From Azolla caroliniana (Eukaryota > Plantae > Polypodiophyta), in assembly GCA_043228905.1 (NCBI GenBank), contig JBHGNT010000020.1, positions 12,958,001 through 13,022,000 on the forward strand: a DNA stretch of 64,000 nt, read 5' to 3'. Below, piece by piece: positions 24,747 through 36,060 of this stretch. Each line of letters starts with the position of its first letter. Positions within the stretch are counted from its first letter, which is position 1. The notes beneath the pieces are model-generated. The model was not told the DNA's origin, did no database searches, and saw only the letters and a program-made list of their open reading frames with translations. A program made the translations under genes and the position numbers.

Positions 24747-27700
24747 TTATTCCTCATTTACCGGTTCATCCTCCGCCTCGGGCTGCTCGTCGTCGCTGTC
24801 CATGCCCCCTAGCTCTGGCTCCCCGTCATGCCGTTTCTTGAACGCTTTGATCCTCTTCCCCGCTACCGGTATCGCCATTCTCGTACCGTCGAGCTCCGCG
24901 AGATGATACGTCCCATTGCCATTGGCGCCTGTTACTACGTAAGGCCCGAACCACCTCCTCGCAAACTTCCGCGTGGCCTTGTGCTGATTGTCGAGGCTGC
25001 TGTCGTAGACTAGCACCCAGTCACCTTCCTCGATCTTCCTTGGCCTGGTCCGGTGTGTTCGGTCGAACCGGGCTTTGTTCCTTATCCTCGCTACTCGAAG
25101 TTTCTCCGCGACTCGCTCTACGTCCTCCGGCTTCCGCTCGAGCTGTCGAATCCGCGCTGCCAGCAGTTCCTCTCGGCTCATCTCATCCCTCCAGTCCACC
25201 GTGGACCACGAGGAGATCGTTCGCTTTGTTGGCATGATCGGCTTCTATCTGAACATCAGCTCGGCCGGCATGAACCCGGTTACCGAACTGTGGGTAGTCC
25301 GGTCCGCCCACAAGGCATAAGGTAGCAGCCGTGGCCAGTCCCCGACTCGGCCTCCGCACGCCCGTACTAGCGCTTTGACAATTGGCCCGTGTCTGCGCTC
25401 CACCTTCCCGTTCGCCTCCGGATTGTATGCTGTGGTGAGCGAAAGTTTGACTCCTAGCCGGTCGAACAGCTCTTCGGCCTCTTCTGCGTCCAACTCACCA
25501 CGGTCAGCCACGATCTTCCCTATGCACCCGTATCGGCATACTACGTCCTCAATTAAAAACCGGCACACGGTTGCCGATGTCTTGTTCTATAGGGCTCAGC
25601 CTTCAACTTGGGTTGTTAGATCTTCCCGAGCTAGCACCAGATACCGCATCTGTCCTACCCCCATTGGCATTGTCACCAAATCCACCATCCACTTGAAGTG
25701 GACGGTCGGAGGGTAGGTCGGGTGAAGCTCGTCCCTATGTCGGATCATGGAGTGCACCTGACAGCTTTCGCAAGTCGTCACGAACCGATGCACGTCCCGG
25801 TATAGCCCCGGCCACCAGTACTTCCCCTTTAGCTTTTCGAACGTGGCCCACATTCCACGGTGTCCAGCCCACGGGCTATCGTGGTACGCCGCCAACAAAT
25901 CCTCTTGTTTCTCCTTCTTCGCCACCACTCGGAGCGGGATGCTGTTCCTCTTCTTCGGGTGCTTCCATATGTATCCGTCCCGGAGAAAGAATCGGTAGGC
26001 TTTCTTCTGAATCCGGTTGGCCTCGTCCGTTGTCCATGCCGCGTCCGGTGTCATTGTTTTCAGGAACCTGCCGATCTGCAACCACTCCCTGTCATACTTG
26101 CTCTCGTCGAAATCGTTAAGCGTTGGAGAGCATTCCTTGCCAGTTGTTACGTAAGCCGCCTCGAAGAAGTCCACGCCGACTTCCTCGTCCTCTGAAACCA
26201 TGCCGCCGTCGTTTTCGAACCTCGCCCTTGAAAGCATGTCAGCCATGACATTGTCTTTCCCGGAAATGTGTCGTATTTCCGGATTCAGGGACTTGATGTA
26301 CGCTATCCACCTGAGCATTGCCAGGTCCGGCGTCACACATCCGGAAACCATGCCAAGGATCGGTAGGCAGTCCGTCTCGATAACTACCTCTGTCCCGATC
26401 AGGTAGTCTTTATCGGCCTTTACCGCCGAAACGATACCCCAGAGCTCGCGTTTAACCTGGGCGTATCCTTGCTGTCGCTCGCTAAAGACCTTCGCGCCGA
26501 ACCGGATCGGGGAACGCATGCCGTCCTCGTCCTCTTGGTTGACGACCCATCCGATCCCGGTCGGACTCGTGTCTACCGTTACGTAAATTGGAGTGCTCTT
26601 TCCGTAGAAAGCCTTTCGGAGCGCCGGAGCCACGGCAAGTGCTTCCTTCATCTTCCGGACAGACTCCGTATGCTCGTCTCTCCACTCGAATTTTCACCCC
26701 TTTTTTAGCAACCCGTATAATGACTCCGAGACGTGAGCGTAATGCGGGATCCATATTTGGTAGAACGCGCACGCTCCCAAGAACCTCTGAACCTCCGTGA
26801 CCGAGCTACAGTCGTTCTTCATCGCAGAGATGGCTTCTACCTTAGCCGAAGACGGTTTTCGGCCGTACGGCCCGCATAGGTGTCCGATGACCATGATCTC
26901 TGATTGCCCAAAGGCCGACTTTCCCCCGGAGAAGGTGAGCCTCGTGCCCTCCAACCTCTGCAGCACCTTCTCGTAGTCATCGATGTGCGTCGCCACAAAT
27001 TTCCGGCATCCGTCCGGTCCGATCGTCTCGTCCCTTTCCTCCACCGGGCATCCCTTGATCGGGATGTCGTCCAAACACGGCATGGTGATGTCCAGGATAC
27101 AATCCCTCAGCACTTTGTTCATTGCGTTCACCATGTGAGCCACTGAGTTCGTCCCTCCTTGCGGCAGGGTACACATTCGTACTAGGCCGAGAGGAGTTCG
27201 CATTGTTGTGATGTCTTTGCTCTCTACGGCAAGCTGGAACTGATCGTAACCCGCGTAGAGATCACCGACCGAGTAAATCGACCTTCCGGCGAAGGCCTCC
27301 GCAAACTCGTCTATTTTCGGTCCGATTCCGGCGTTTCGAATGGTCACCTTGTTGACCGGCTACAGGTCTTGAATAAAGCGCAACGTGCCGTCCTTCTTCG
27401 GCACGGTAAACCACCGATTCGAGTACGGGGTACTCAATGGTTCGAGGATTCCCATCTCGACCTTCTGCTTTAACAGCTCCATCAGCTTCGGGATGTGAGC
27501 TCTGGGTACTGGAATCGGTTTGAGACTCCACAGCACATGCGGTACCGTGAATATCACCATCGGTTCCACGACTGTCGGGTCTACGCACCCGATCTCCTCT
27601 GGTGAGAATGCGAAAGCCTTCCCACGCCTTCCGAGCATTCCCCGAAAACGGTCCTCTTCCGCCGGCAGTAGGAAGCTGCCCCCACCGACCTTGAGCTCCC

Positions 27701-30069
27701 GTAGCGTTATGTCGGTGAACGTGTGTCCTATGCGGGCCGGATTTCGTAAACTCGGGTCTAGCGCAACCCCCTTTATTCGCAACTCGCTCCCCTCCGGCAA
27801 GGGAGCCGCGACTGGCCTCAGCTTCCGGTCCATAGTCTTGTACCTCGTGTCCACCCGGGCCGTCCGATCCAACTCGAGCCCCCTACTGAAGTTCGCGATG
27901 ACTTCGTACATCTTTTCCGAACATATCGGAATCGTCCGGTCCTCTTTAAGGACTCCTCCGACTACCTCCCGCAGCTCCCCCAAGGTATCGTCGAAAGAGA
28001 CCGCCTTCGAGGGTCTCGCGGTTCCTCTCATGGTTCGGTCTCACCGTCAGGAACTGGACCGAGTGAAGCCCATCCTGGCTCTTGACCCTTGCATAGGCCG
28101 AGCCGTTGTCCAGCACCTTGGTCTCCATCCGTGCTACTGTGATGTACGGTTCTCCTAGTATAACCGGATGTGAGGATGTCTCCTGCACGAAGAAGTGTTG
28201 GTCAATCTCGACACGTTCGGGCAGGCTCCATGCAGTTCTTCGGTGGCACGCGTCGCCGCCCGTATTTTCCACCCGTGCTTGGTGTTGATCGGCCATTTTC
28301 CCTTCTTATAGAAGTCCATGGACATCAAATTGATTTCTGAACCATGGTCCACCAACGCCACCACCGGTTCATGAACATCTCCGATCTTCACGGGGGTCTC
28401 CGTGGTCGCTCTGGCCCAGTGCGGCCTCGAATAGTGGCTCTCCGCCAACTCGTCTTCTAGGGCCATGTCCTCTATGTGCGTTGTTCACACCTCCACCGGC
28501 TTCTCCGGTTCTGTCTCCATCGACAACCTCTTCCTCTTCACCAAGTCTACGATGGAGTCGTGGAACTCCTTCTTGGCAATCCCGAGCACTTCCCTCCGCG
28601 ACAATTCCACCTTGCTGTCGAGGATTCGTTCTTCCAGGACCTTTCGCAGGTCCGTGGATCTTTCGATTTCTGTGCCCAGCCGGTACCCGCCCTTCTTGGG
28701 ATTATCCTGGGCGCCGGTTGCACCGGCCTCATTCCGTCTTTGCCCGAATCGAATTTCATATCGCTGCGAGGGCCCAGCCCCTCCGGTTTTCCCTACCCGC
28801 TTGTCCTCTACTAGAGCCTCGTAGTTTTGACAAGCGGCTTTGACGAAGCCCGTCTTTTCTTCCACCGGGTCACTCCACCCGGTTACCTCCCAGACCCGTT
28901 TTTCCGCGTGGTCCACCTCTTCTTTCCTGAGCCGTGCGCCAACGAGGCCTTCCAGCATCGTCGGCCAGAACCCGGCTTTGTTCGTCTTCGGGGCCTCGCC
29001 ACCTCCGACCCGAATACCAGCTGACGCCGAGTAGTGGACGGTCTCCGCGTGACGAGCCGCCGCCTCCTCCATCAGACTTTTCATACCCCCTTGCCCGACG
29101 TTCAGGTTCAGGGTCCTTCGGGTCTCGCTGGCGTGCACCCGACCGTTCCACAGGTACACCACGTTGCTTCTCATCGCCTCGGCCAAGTCCCCGCAGTCCT
29201 TCCGGATGTGCCCAACCGCGTCACACGACATGCACCTGTTTTCAGCCAGAGGTCGTTGGTCACGGGCCTGTTCGCCACCATCCCTCCGTGCCTGGGCGAT
29301 CTGGAGATCCTTTACCATCCGCGTCAGCTCCTCCAGAGTTGCTCCCCCGGACGAGCCCTTGACCATGCCGGTTGAAGCCGACCCGGTCTCGAGCCAATCT
29401 CGGGTCTCTTCCCTTCGCGTTGGTGGTGTTGGCTCGAGCTTCTTTGCTACGATAGAGCCCGCCCCTGTCGATCCTTTGTCAACCCATTCCCGCCGTTTGT
29501 CGAAACGGCCACAAACCCTTTTCACCACGGCCCAGTCGGCCGTCAGCCCGTCATCAGTCTCCAATAGCAGGCCTACCTGCTCCTGATCCCGCTCGTCAAC
29601 CGACTTAACAAACAATAGGACACGGCTTGTGTCTAGAACGGTCCAGTCAAGCACCGAGAAGCGCGCGAAGCGTTCCTCAAACTCCCGAAGGAGCATTGAC
29701 GCGTTCCTTCCTTTGTCGGGGGTCTCCACCCACTCCATGAATTCCCGCATCTTCAAGCCCGTATCTTTCGAGGAGCCGACCTTCGAACTCCTCCCAAGTC
29801 CGGCTCTCGGCCCGTACCTCGAGCACCTCCATATGGATGCCCGGCATCGCCACTCGAGGGAATCCGGCTAGACGCCTCTCTTCCTGAATGTCCCTCATTA
29901 CCATCTCAGCCCGGTAGGATGCCAAGTAGCTCGTGGCATTTCCACTAAACCGGCCGATCGTACCGACAACCGCCTGGATAGCCCTATCAAGGATGCCGGT
30001 GCCTTCGCGCGCACTCACTATACGGTCCACAGCCGAAGCCATGGCTTCTGCAAGGTCTGACCCCCTCAT
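24747..30069 (-). pseudogene. gag-pol of the Trp-primed gypsy element (frameshifts and stops)
   Basis: Zinc knuckle CMSCDAVGHIRKDC, protease LVDHGSEINLM, RT DLYAGYDQF..LPQGGTNS..CLDDIPIKG, RNase H VTVDTSPTGIG, integrase H..GH..CESC, ADRGE, YNPEANGKVER and WFGPY. Confidence 0.93.
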
Positions 30070-30090
30070 CTTCTACTCCTCTGCCGCCTG

Positions 30091-30108
30091 TTCACGTCGG
30101 GTTCACCA
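30091..30108 (-). promoter_or_regulatory. Primer binding site, tRNA-Trp (18 nt)
   Basis: Minus strand TGGTGAACCCGACGTGAA, 4 nt from the LTR. Confidence 0.9.
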
Positions 30109-31243
30109 AATATGTCGCGTTGCTACGCGCGTGCGTGGGGAACGAGGTGGGACCATTGGGGTTTTGGACCGAGGAATAGGTGAGGAAGCGAAAGGAGAGA
30201 GAGAGAGAGAGACACGCTCACACACGGATAGACAAAGAAGCGCGCGGGAACGCAGCCCAATCAACACAAGAGACACAAGTTGGGCAGGAGATAGAGTATA
30301 AGAACGCGTATATAAATATATGTATGCAGATGACCCGAACGGTTACAACCGATCAGGTCGGCGAGACGGGTGTCGACGCCTGATCACCCACGTACACAGG
30401 GGAGCAAGATGGAGATTCTGCCGGAAGCACACGGGTGTTCCACGGAGCAGAATCAACCTCACGAGAACCTGCGCAAAGAAAGCTATGGGGAACGACAGAG
30501 GAGAAGAGCTCGGTCCCAGTCCGACAACACTTCGTCCCCTCTAACGCGCGCTCCCTCTCTCCCCTCGTCTCCCTCTCCTTTATAGCTCAAGGAGGGAGGC
30601 CGTTCACCCGTTTACATCACATTAATTCTCTGTCCTTTCGGATAGAGATACTCCTTGATTTCCCCTATAGAATATTGCTACCTAGGATTTAACCTTTGTG
30701 CCTACCTATCTACTATACAACAAGGGGCGTGCCCACGTGTAAGGGCAGGTTCACACACATTATACACGGTTTGCGCCTGGGGACGGTTTTCTTCACGACA
30801 CCGTGGAGGAGCTTGGTGAATGGGGTGGGCGCCATCGGTTATGACTTGCTAGGACAAAGATTAGTACAAGGCGTATGGGAGTGTACCAACTCTTACACCC
30901 ACTTACTTATGTTGACGTAAGGTATTGCTAACGATATTTTATTAATCTATTGATGTAGGCTTAGTTATGTAGTTATTTATTCATTTATATGTTATTTTAT
31001 TTTATTATATATATATATATATTATTTTATCTTTATTTATTTATTTTTGTATTGAAATTTATTCTATTTGATTTGATTTGATTGATTGATTTATTTTTGT
31101 TTCTATTTTATTCTATTATTATTATTATTATTATTTTGAAACTAGGAGGCGGTGATTGAGGAATAACGTTATTTAGATATTATTTTATTTTTTATTCTTA
31201 TTCTTATTCTTTTTTACTTATTTTATTTTATTTTTTAGCGCGT

Positions 31244-33084
31244 TGTCGTAAAGATTTTCGCCCACGGTGTGAAAATTGCATGGAATGTACAAAATCGAGT
31301 GTGGTTCTTCACACACAATATGGAACAGTAATAATGAAGATATTATTTTATATCTTGGTACGAAAAGAAAAGATGGATGTCTTCAAGAGTTTTTGAATGC
31401 ATTTTACTACATGTGAAATGGACATATTAGTGTCAAGTTATGTGAATGTGAAGTTTGAGAAGAAGAAGAGAACAAACAAAATTGTGAGATATCCCACATA
31501 GATAGGACAACATCAGGATATAAGATTATATAAGTAGAGCCATATCTCTTTATATTTCATCTAAGTGCTAGGAGCACAGAAGGATTGGGTTGTGTAACAT
31601 GGATGAAAGGATGTGACCAAGTTATTCAAAATAGTGTTTTGGACTGAGTTAGAACCAGACGGACGGACGACGACAGAACCGACACCAGCATCGGACGGCG
31701 ACGGAACCGAAACCGAAACGGATAGACCAGATCACTAGGGATCGGCAATGGTTCGGTTTAGGCTTAGCCAGTTTGGCTGATCCAAGCCAAACTGGCTAAG
31801 CCTAAACCGTTTACGAGATCTTAAACCTGAGCCGAGCCAAGCCGAGCCAAGCCGGTTCACAAACCGGTTACCGGTTGTGAACCCGTTTGGTAAACGGCTT
31901 GGAAACCGGTTTAGAAACCTACCTCCCTCTCTCTCTCTCTCTCCCTCTCTCCCTCCCTCCCTCTCAGATGATCCACTATATACTATATAGTATACATTGT
32001 ACAAGCTTTCCCTCCCACTCTCTCTCACGTTTGTGGTCTCGACTCTCTCCCTCTCTCCCTCTCTCTCCCCTCTATGTAGTTCCTCTCTCTGTCTCTCTCT
32101 CTCCTCGTCTGTGTAGTTCTCACTCTCTCTCTCTCCCATCGTTAGTTTAGTCTCTCTCACTCTCTCACTCTCTCTTTCCCCTTGTCTGTTGTCTCTCTCC
32201 CCCTCTCTCTAAAGTTTATAAATGACTTAAACGGTTTAGTCGGCTTGAGCCGGTTTGGCGAGGCTTAAGCCAAGCTGAGCCGAGCTCAAACCGTCAAGGC
32301 AAGTTCAAGTCTAAACTGAGCCGAGTCGAGCTGCTAAGCCGTTTTCAAGTCGGCTAAGCCAAACGGTTTAGGCTTGAGCTAAGCCGTTGCCGATCCCTAC
32401 AGATCACCAGGTCGGAAGCAGACGGGATAGACGGATCGATCGGATAGGTTAATCGTGACGATTTTGGTGTGAAACGAACAAAATCATCTAGACTAAAAAA
32501 CCTATTAAAAATTTGTAATCAAAGGGATGCAAGCAAGGCTTGAACCTTGCACCTCTAAGATAGGAAGCAATAGACTTACCACTAGACTTAGTCATTTCCT
32601 TAGAAATGCTTTTTCTATCATTATACTTTTACATGTAAATTCTCATATTAGAGCTTGATTGAGTGACATGGTTATCATGCATCACATGTAATGCATGAGC
32701 GCCAAATGGCAAACATGCATCACATGCATTCCATGCATTGTATGCATGTCTTGAACCTTCACATGCATTATATGCATGGGGGTGTCTATAAAAGAGTGGA
32801 TGAAGAAGAAAAACAGGAGCGATGTATTAATCAAGAATTTAAAAGTAAGAAATTTGTTATCCAATTGATGTATCAATCTTGTTCTTCAAATCTAAAGTCA
32901 AGAGTTCAATCTTAATCTCTCTCAATCTAAAGTCAAGCATTCTATCTTATCTCAATCTCTCTCTCTCTTTCAATCTATCTTAATTCCTTTCTCGCTAAAG
33001 CTAGTGCAAACTTCGAGTCCTTCCAGTCTAGAACCCCGGCGGTTCCGCCTCACGATCCGCATGTAGTGATGGATCTTCACGATA
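31244..33084 (+). mobile_element. Probable solo LTR with TGTCG-type termini, containing a nested MITE
   Basis: Termini TGTCGTAAAGA...TCTTCACGATA, exact TSD GCGT (31240-31243 and 33085-33088), and CTATAAAA near 32786 followed by a CT-rich tract. Confidence 0.75.
31736..32399. mobile_element. hAT-type MITE (664 bp)
   Basis: TIRs TAGGGATCGGCAA(T/C)GG, exact 8-bp TSD CAGATCAC, subterminal AGCC/AAACC repeats and a CT-rich core. Confidence 0.95.
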
Positions 33085-33088
33085 GCGT

Positions 33089-33299
33089 GGTTCGAAGAGT
33101 GTCTAGCTCTTCGAAGAACCAGGAGTGGGGGGTTCAAAGAGTCTCGCTGTTTGAACCGGGGGTGCGTGGTTCGAAGAGCGCCTCTCTTTGAACCTGTGCG
33201 CGGTTCGAAGATCGCCACTCTTTGAACATGTGCGTGGTTCGAAGAGTCGTACTCTTCGAACCAGGGATGCATGGTTCGAAGAGCGTCTCTCTTCGAACC
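33089..33299. repeat. Array of six palindromic units GGTTCGAAGAG-N5-CTCTTCGAACC
   Basis: Units start near 33089, 33131, 33168, 33202, 33236 and 33273, with conserved arms and variable loops. Confidence 0.88.
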
Positions 33300-34655
33300 T
33301 GTGCATGAATTAGGAGGGAAACGGTTCGCTCGTTGAACCGAGGGTGGTTCGATGAGGGAACTATGGAGGCAACGAGCTTGCGAGTGGAGTTGTCCTAAGG
33401 GACCGTCTGTGGCGAGAGGACGGCAGAAAGATGTTGGAGCCATCGTGGTTGCTACAGGAGGCGGGTAAATTTGTAGTCAACGGGCTGCGTTGGGAGGGGT
33501 CGAGTGAGAGAGTGGAGAGAGAGGAGAGAAAAAAACAGATTTTAGACCTACCAAAGGGAGTGCGCGACAGGCGGAGGCGGTGATAAGCAACGACGCTCGG
33601 GAGGCAAGAAGGAGAGTGAGCAAAACAAGAGGGTTGGGTGTAACACAAAGGGGGGGAGAAATATTTGTGAGCCATGGCTAGAAGCGCCGTGCAGAGGGAG
33701 AGGAGGAGAGCGAATGGTCCTAACGAAGGCAGGAAGCGTGAGGGGAAAGGAGGGAGAAAAGAAAGGGTTGTGAGGGAGAAGAAAACAACAAAACAAAATG
33801 AAAGAAAAAGCACAAAAAACAACCAATCAAAAATAAAAAATAAAAAATAAAAAATAAAAACAAAAGAATTAAAACAAAAGAAAAGCAAAAGACAAACCGA
33901 GACTACCAAAAAAATAACGATCAAAACCAAAAACAAAAGAAACGAGAAAGAGAAACCGAGACTCCCATGTGACATAATACGAAAAAGAACGAGCTGAACC
34001 AAAAATAGAGCGATCGCAAGTAAAAATGATCGCCCATGGTGCCCCTAAAAAGTAAAGGGTAACGTGAAGATCAGAAGTACTAATACGTAGACCGAATGGG
34101 GGTTTATTGTCTACCAGGCGCGGTAATAGAGGCTGAGGGAGAAGACAGGTCGAGTGGTTGATGATCGGGATGGCAAAAGGTAGGAGGCAGATTTACAAGA
34201 GTGTGGGGTGGACTAAGATTTGTGTGGGGACGGTAAGGTTGGACGGGGATCCACCGAGGGTTTTGTGAGAGTTTGGGCAAGTTAGGGGTGTTGGGATGTG
34301 GATGAGGTGGTGGGGGTGAGGGGTGTATAGTTCGAGTGTTGATGGACAACTTTTGAATGCCTTTATGCACCCAGACCTGTGAGGTAGTTCTATGTTTACT
34401 CCGACTTCCTAGTCGCTGAGTCGGGATGAGGTCCATGGCCTTAACCTGGGCGGGGTATTTGGTCGATGTGCGTGGTTGTCGGGTGTCCCGTGCAATCGTG
34501 ATATGGTCACGATTGGGGAGTTGACTTCGTTTCGGGACCCAGAAGTGAGTGGCACCTTTGGGCCAACCCTGGGCGTTTGTGAGTTCTTTTCGGACTCGCC
34601 AAATAGCACGTTCTCCGCGGCGTGGTCCTTCGGCGAAAATTGCGTGGACGTTCAC

Positions 34656-35255
34656 CTATTTGCGTGGCGCGGATCTCTTTGTGCCGATGTTAGTGTTACT
34701 CTGAACTTGGTTGGCGGGTGGATGTACGAGCTCTTTTTGGTTGGGTAAGTTCACGCTGTGGAACTCCCCAAGCTTGGTGGGACATGGTTTGAGTGTTTTT
34801 GCGACGAGCTTCTCGAACTTCACACCATTTTCAGTTTGAAAGGAGACCATGTTCTTGCTCGGTGACAGGAGACATTCGCTTATGTAACACCAATCGAAAC
34901 CAACGAGGCATGGGGTGTACAACACTTTCGGTGGGAGGACCCGAATTCGAATCAAATGATCACTATGTTGTGTCTTGATTTTGCACATGAAGGCTCCCAT
35001 GCAGCATGATGTGGAACCATCGAAGCCAAGGAAGTTGTAGTTGCATGCTTCAAGGTTTGGGGAACCCAGATGTTCCCACGTTTCGAAGGAGAAAAGGGTT
35101 AGTGATGCTCTAGTGTCGATCACCGCTGTTAGAGGTACGTTGTCGGTGAAGCATGGTAGGTGCGTCGTCACGTCATTAGAGGTGCATTGTGGTCTCTTAC
35201 AAGCCACCGCCCTACTCCCTAGTTTATAGAGTTTGAATTGTTCCGGGAAGTCCAC
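34656..35255 (-). pseudogene. Second retropepsin-like protease domain of the Athila-like element
   Basis: AVIDTRASLTLFS (DTR, codon AGA, one transition from DTG), flap-like FLGFDGS, and C-terminal CLVGFDW. Confidence 0.75.
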
Positions 35256-35699
35256 CTCTGTCGAGGTTTGTCGAGTGGTCGCATCATCTTCCTGGCGCGT
35301 GATTCGTTGTGCTAGGCTTGCGTCTCTTATGTTTGCCTAATTTCGTCGGGGTACGAGAGTGGTGACATTAAAACACGAGATCGTGTCTCCATCCTTATCG
35401 CAACACTTTGTACCAATAGGGTACATTGCATCGGTCGTGGCGAGGGCTGCACCCAATTCATCTCTGACGCATTTGAGGGCCCTACGAATTCATCTTCTAT
35501 TTCTCTTGCGTTCTCTGACTTAGGATTAGTGGATTTTTGAGGAAACGACTGACTGCTAGCCAAGCTTTGGATTGTCTTTGTAGGGTTACATGCTAGGAGG
35601 TTGGTCTCGAACTCGGTGGTTTTTGACCAGTTTTCCACGAGAGGGTTTCCTTCTTGTTCGTGCACCTTTTGTGTGTATGCTTTAATGTGGAAGGTTTTG

Positions 35700-36060
35700 T
35701 TGTTTTTGCGCATATAGATTGTATCATTCCCAAAATCCATGAAGAGGCGGCTTACACGTAGGAATGGTCTCCCTAGTAAACACTCGTAAGCTACATGATT
35801 GGATGATCTTGTGACGACGAAGGTGAGATTGAACTCGACCCCGTGGATAGTGAAGTGGTGTGTAGGGATCATGCCTTTTGGTCGTTGGATAGACCCATCT
35901 GCCATCCGGAGTTTGACGTCTGACGGAAACATTTTTGGGCTCCCCCACTTACACCAACCTTCGTAGTTGACTATACTTACCCCCACTCCAGTGTCGATGA
36001 TCGCGTCACATGTCGTGCCATTGACGCAGACGGGGAGAGTGAAACTAGTGTCGTCGCTCT
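35700..36060 (-). pseudogene. First retropepsin-like protease domain of the Athila-like element
   Basis: TLPVCVNGTTCDAIIDTGVGVSIV...LRMADGS...LLGRPFL, with DTG at 35995-35987. Confidence 0.88.

Larger units (their letters stand above)
23983..30800 (-). mobile_element. Full-length Ty3/gypsy element, tRNA-Trp primed, mildly degenerate
   Basis: 688-bp LTRs at 23983-24670 and 30113-30800 (roughly 20 differences by eye, mostly transitions), TSD ACGT/CCGT, PBS at 30091-30108, PPT at about 24671-24685, and domain order gag-PR-RT-RH-INT. Confidence 0.95.

Noticed and set aside
31735-32160. ORFs rich in ER or SL dipeptides in LTRs and MITEs
   Set aside because: They are translations of CT/GA microsatellites.
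33089-33299. CRISPR-like appearance of the palindromic array
   Set aside because: The variable parts are only about 5-10 nt, there are no cas genes, and the context is a eukaryotic retroelement.
33361-34002. Hydrophobic 213-aa ORF resembling a membrane or Env protein
   Set aside because: The F/L richness comes from an A-rich low-complexity tract on the plus strand.
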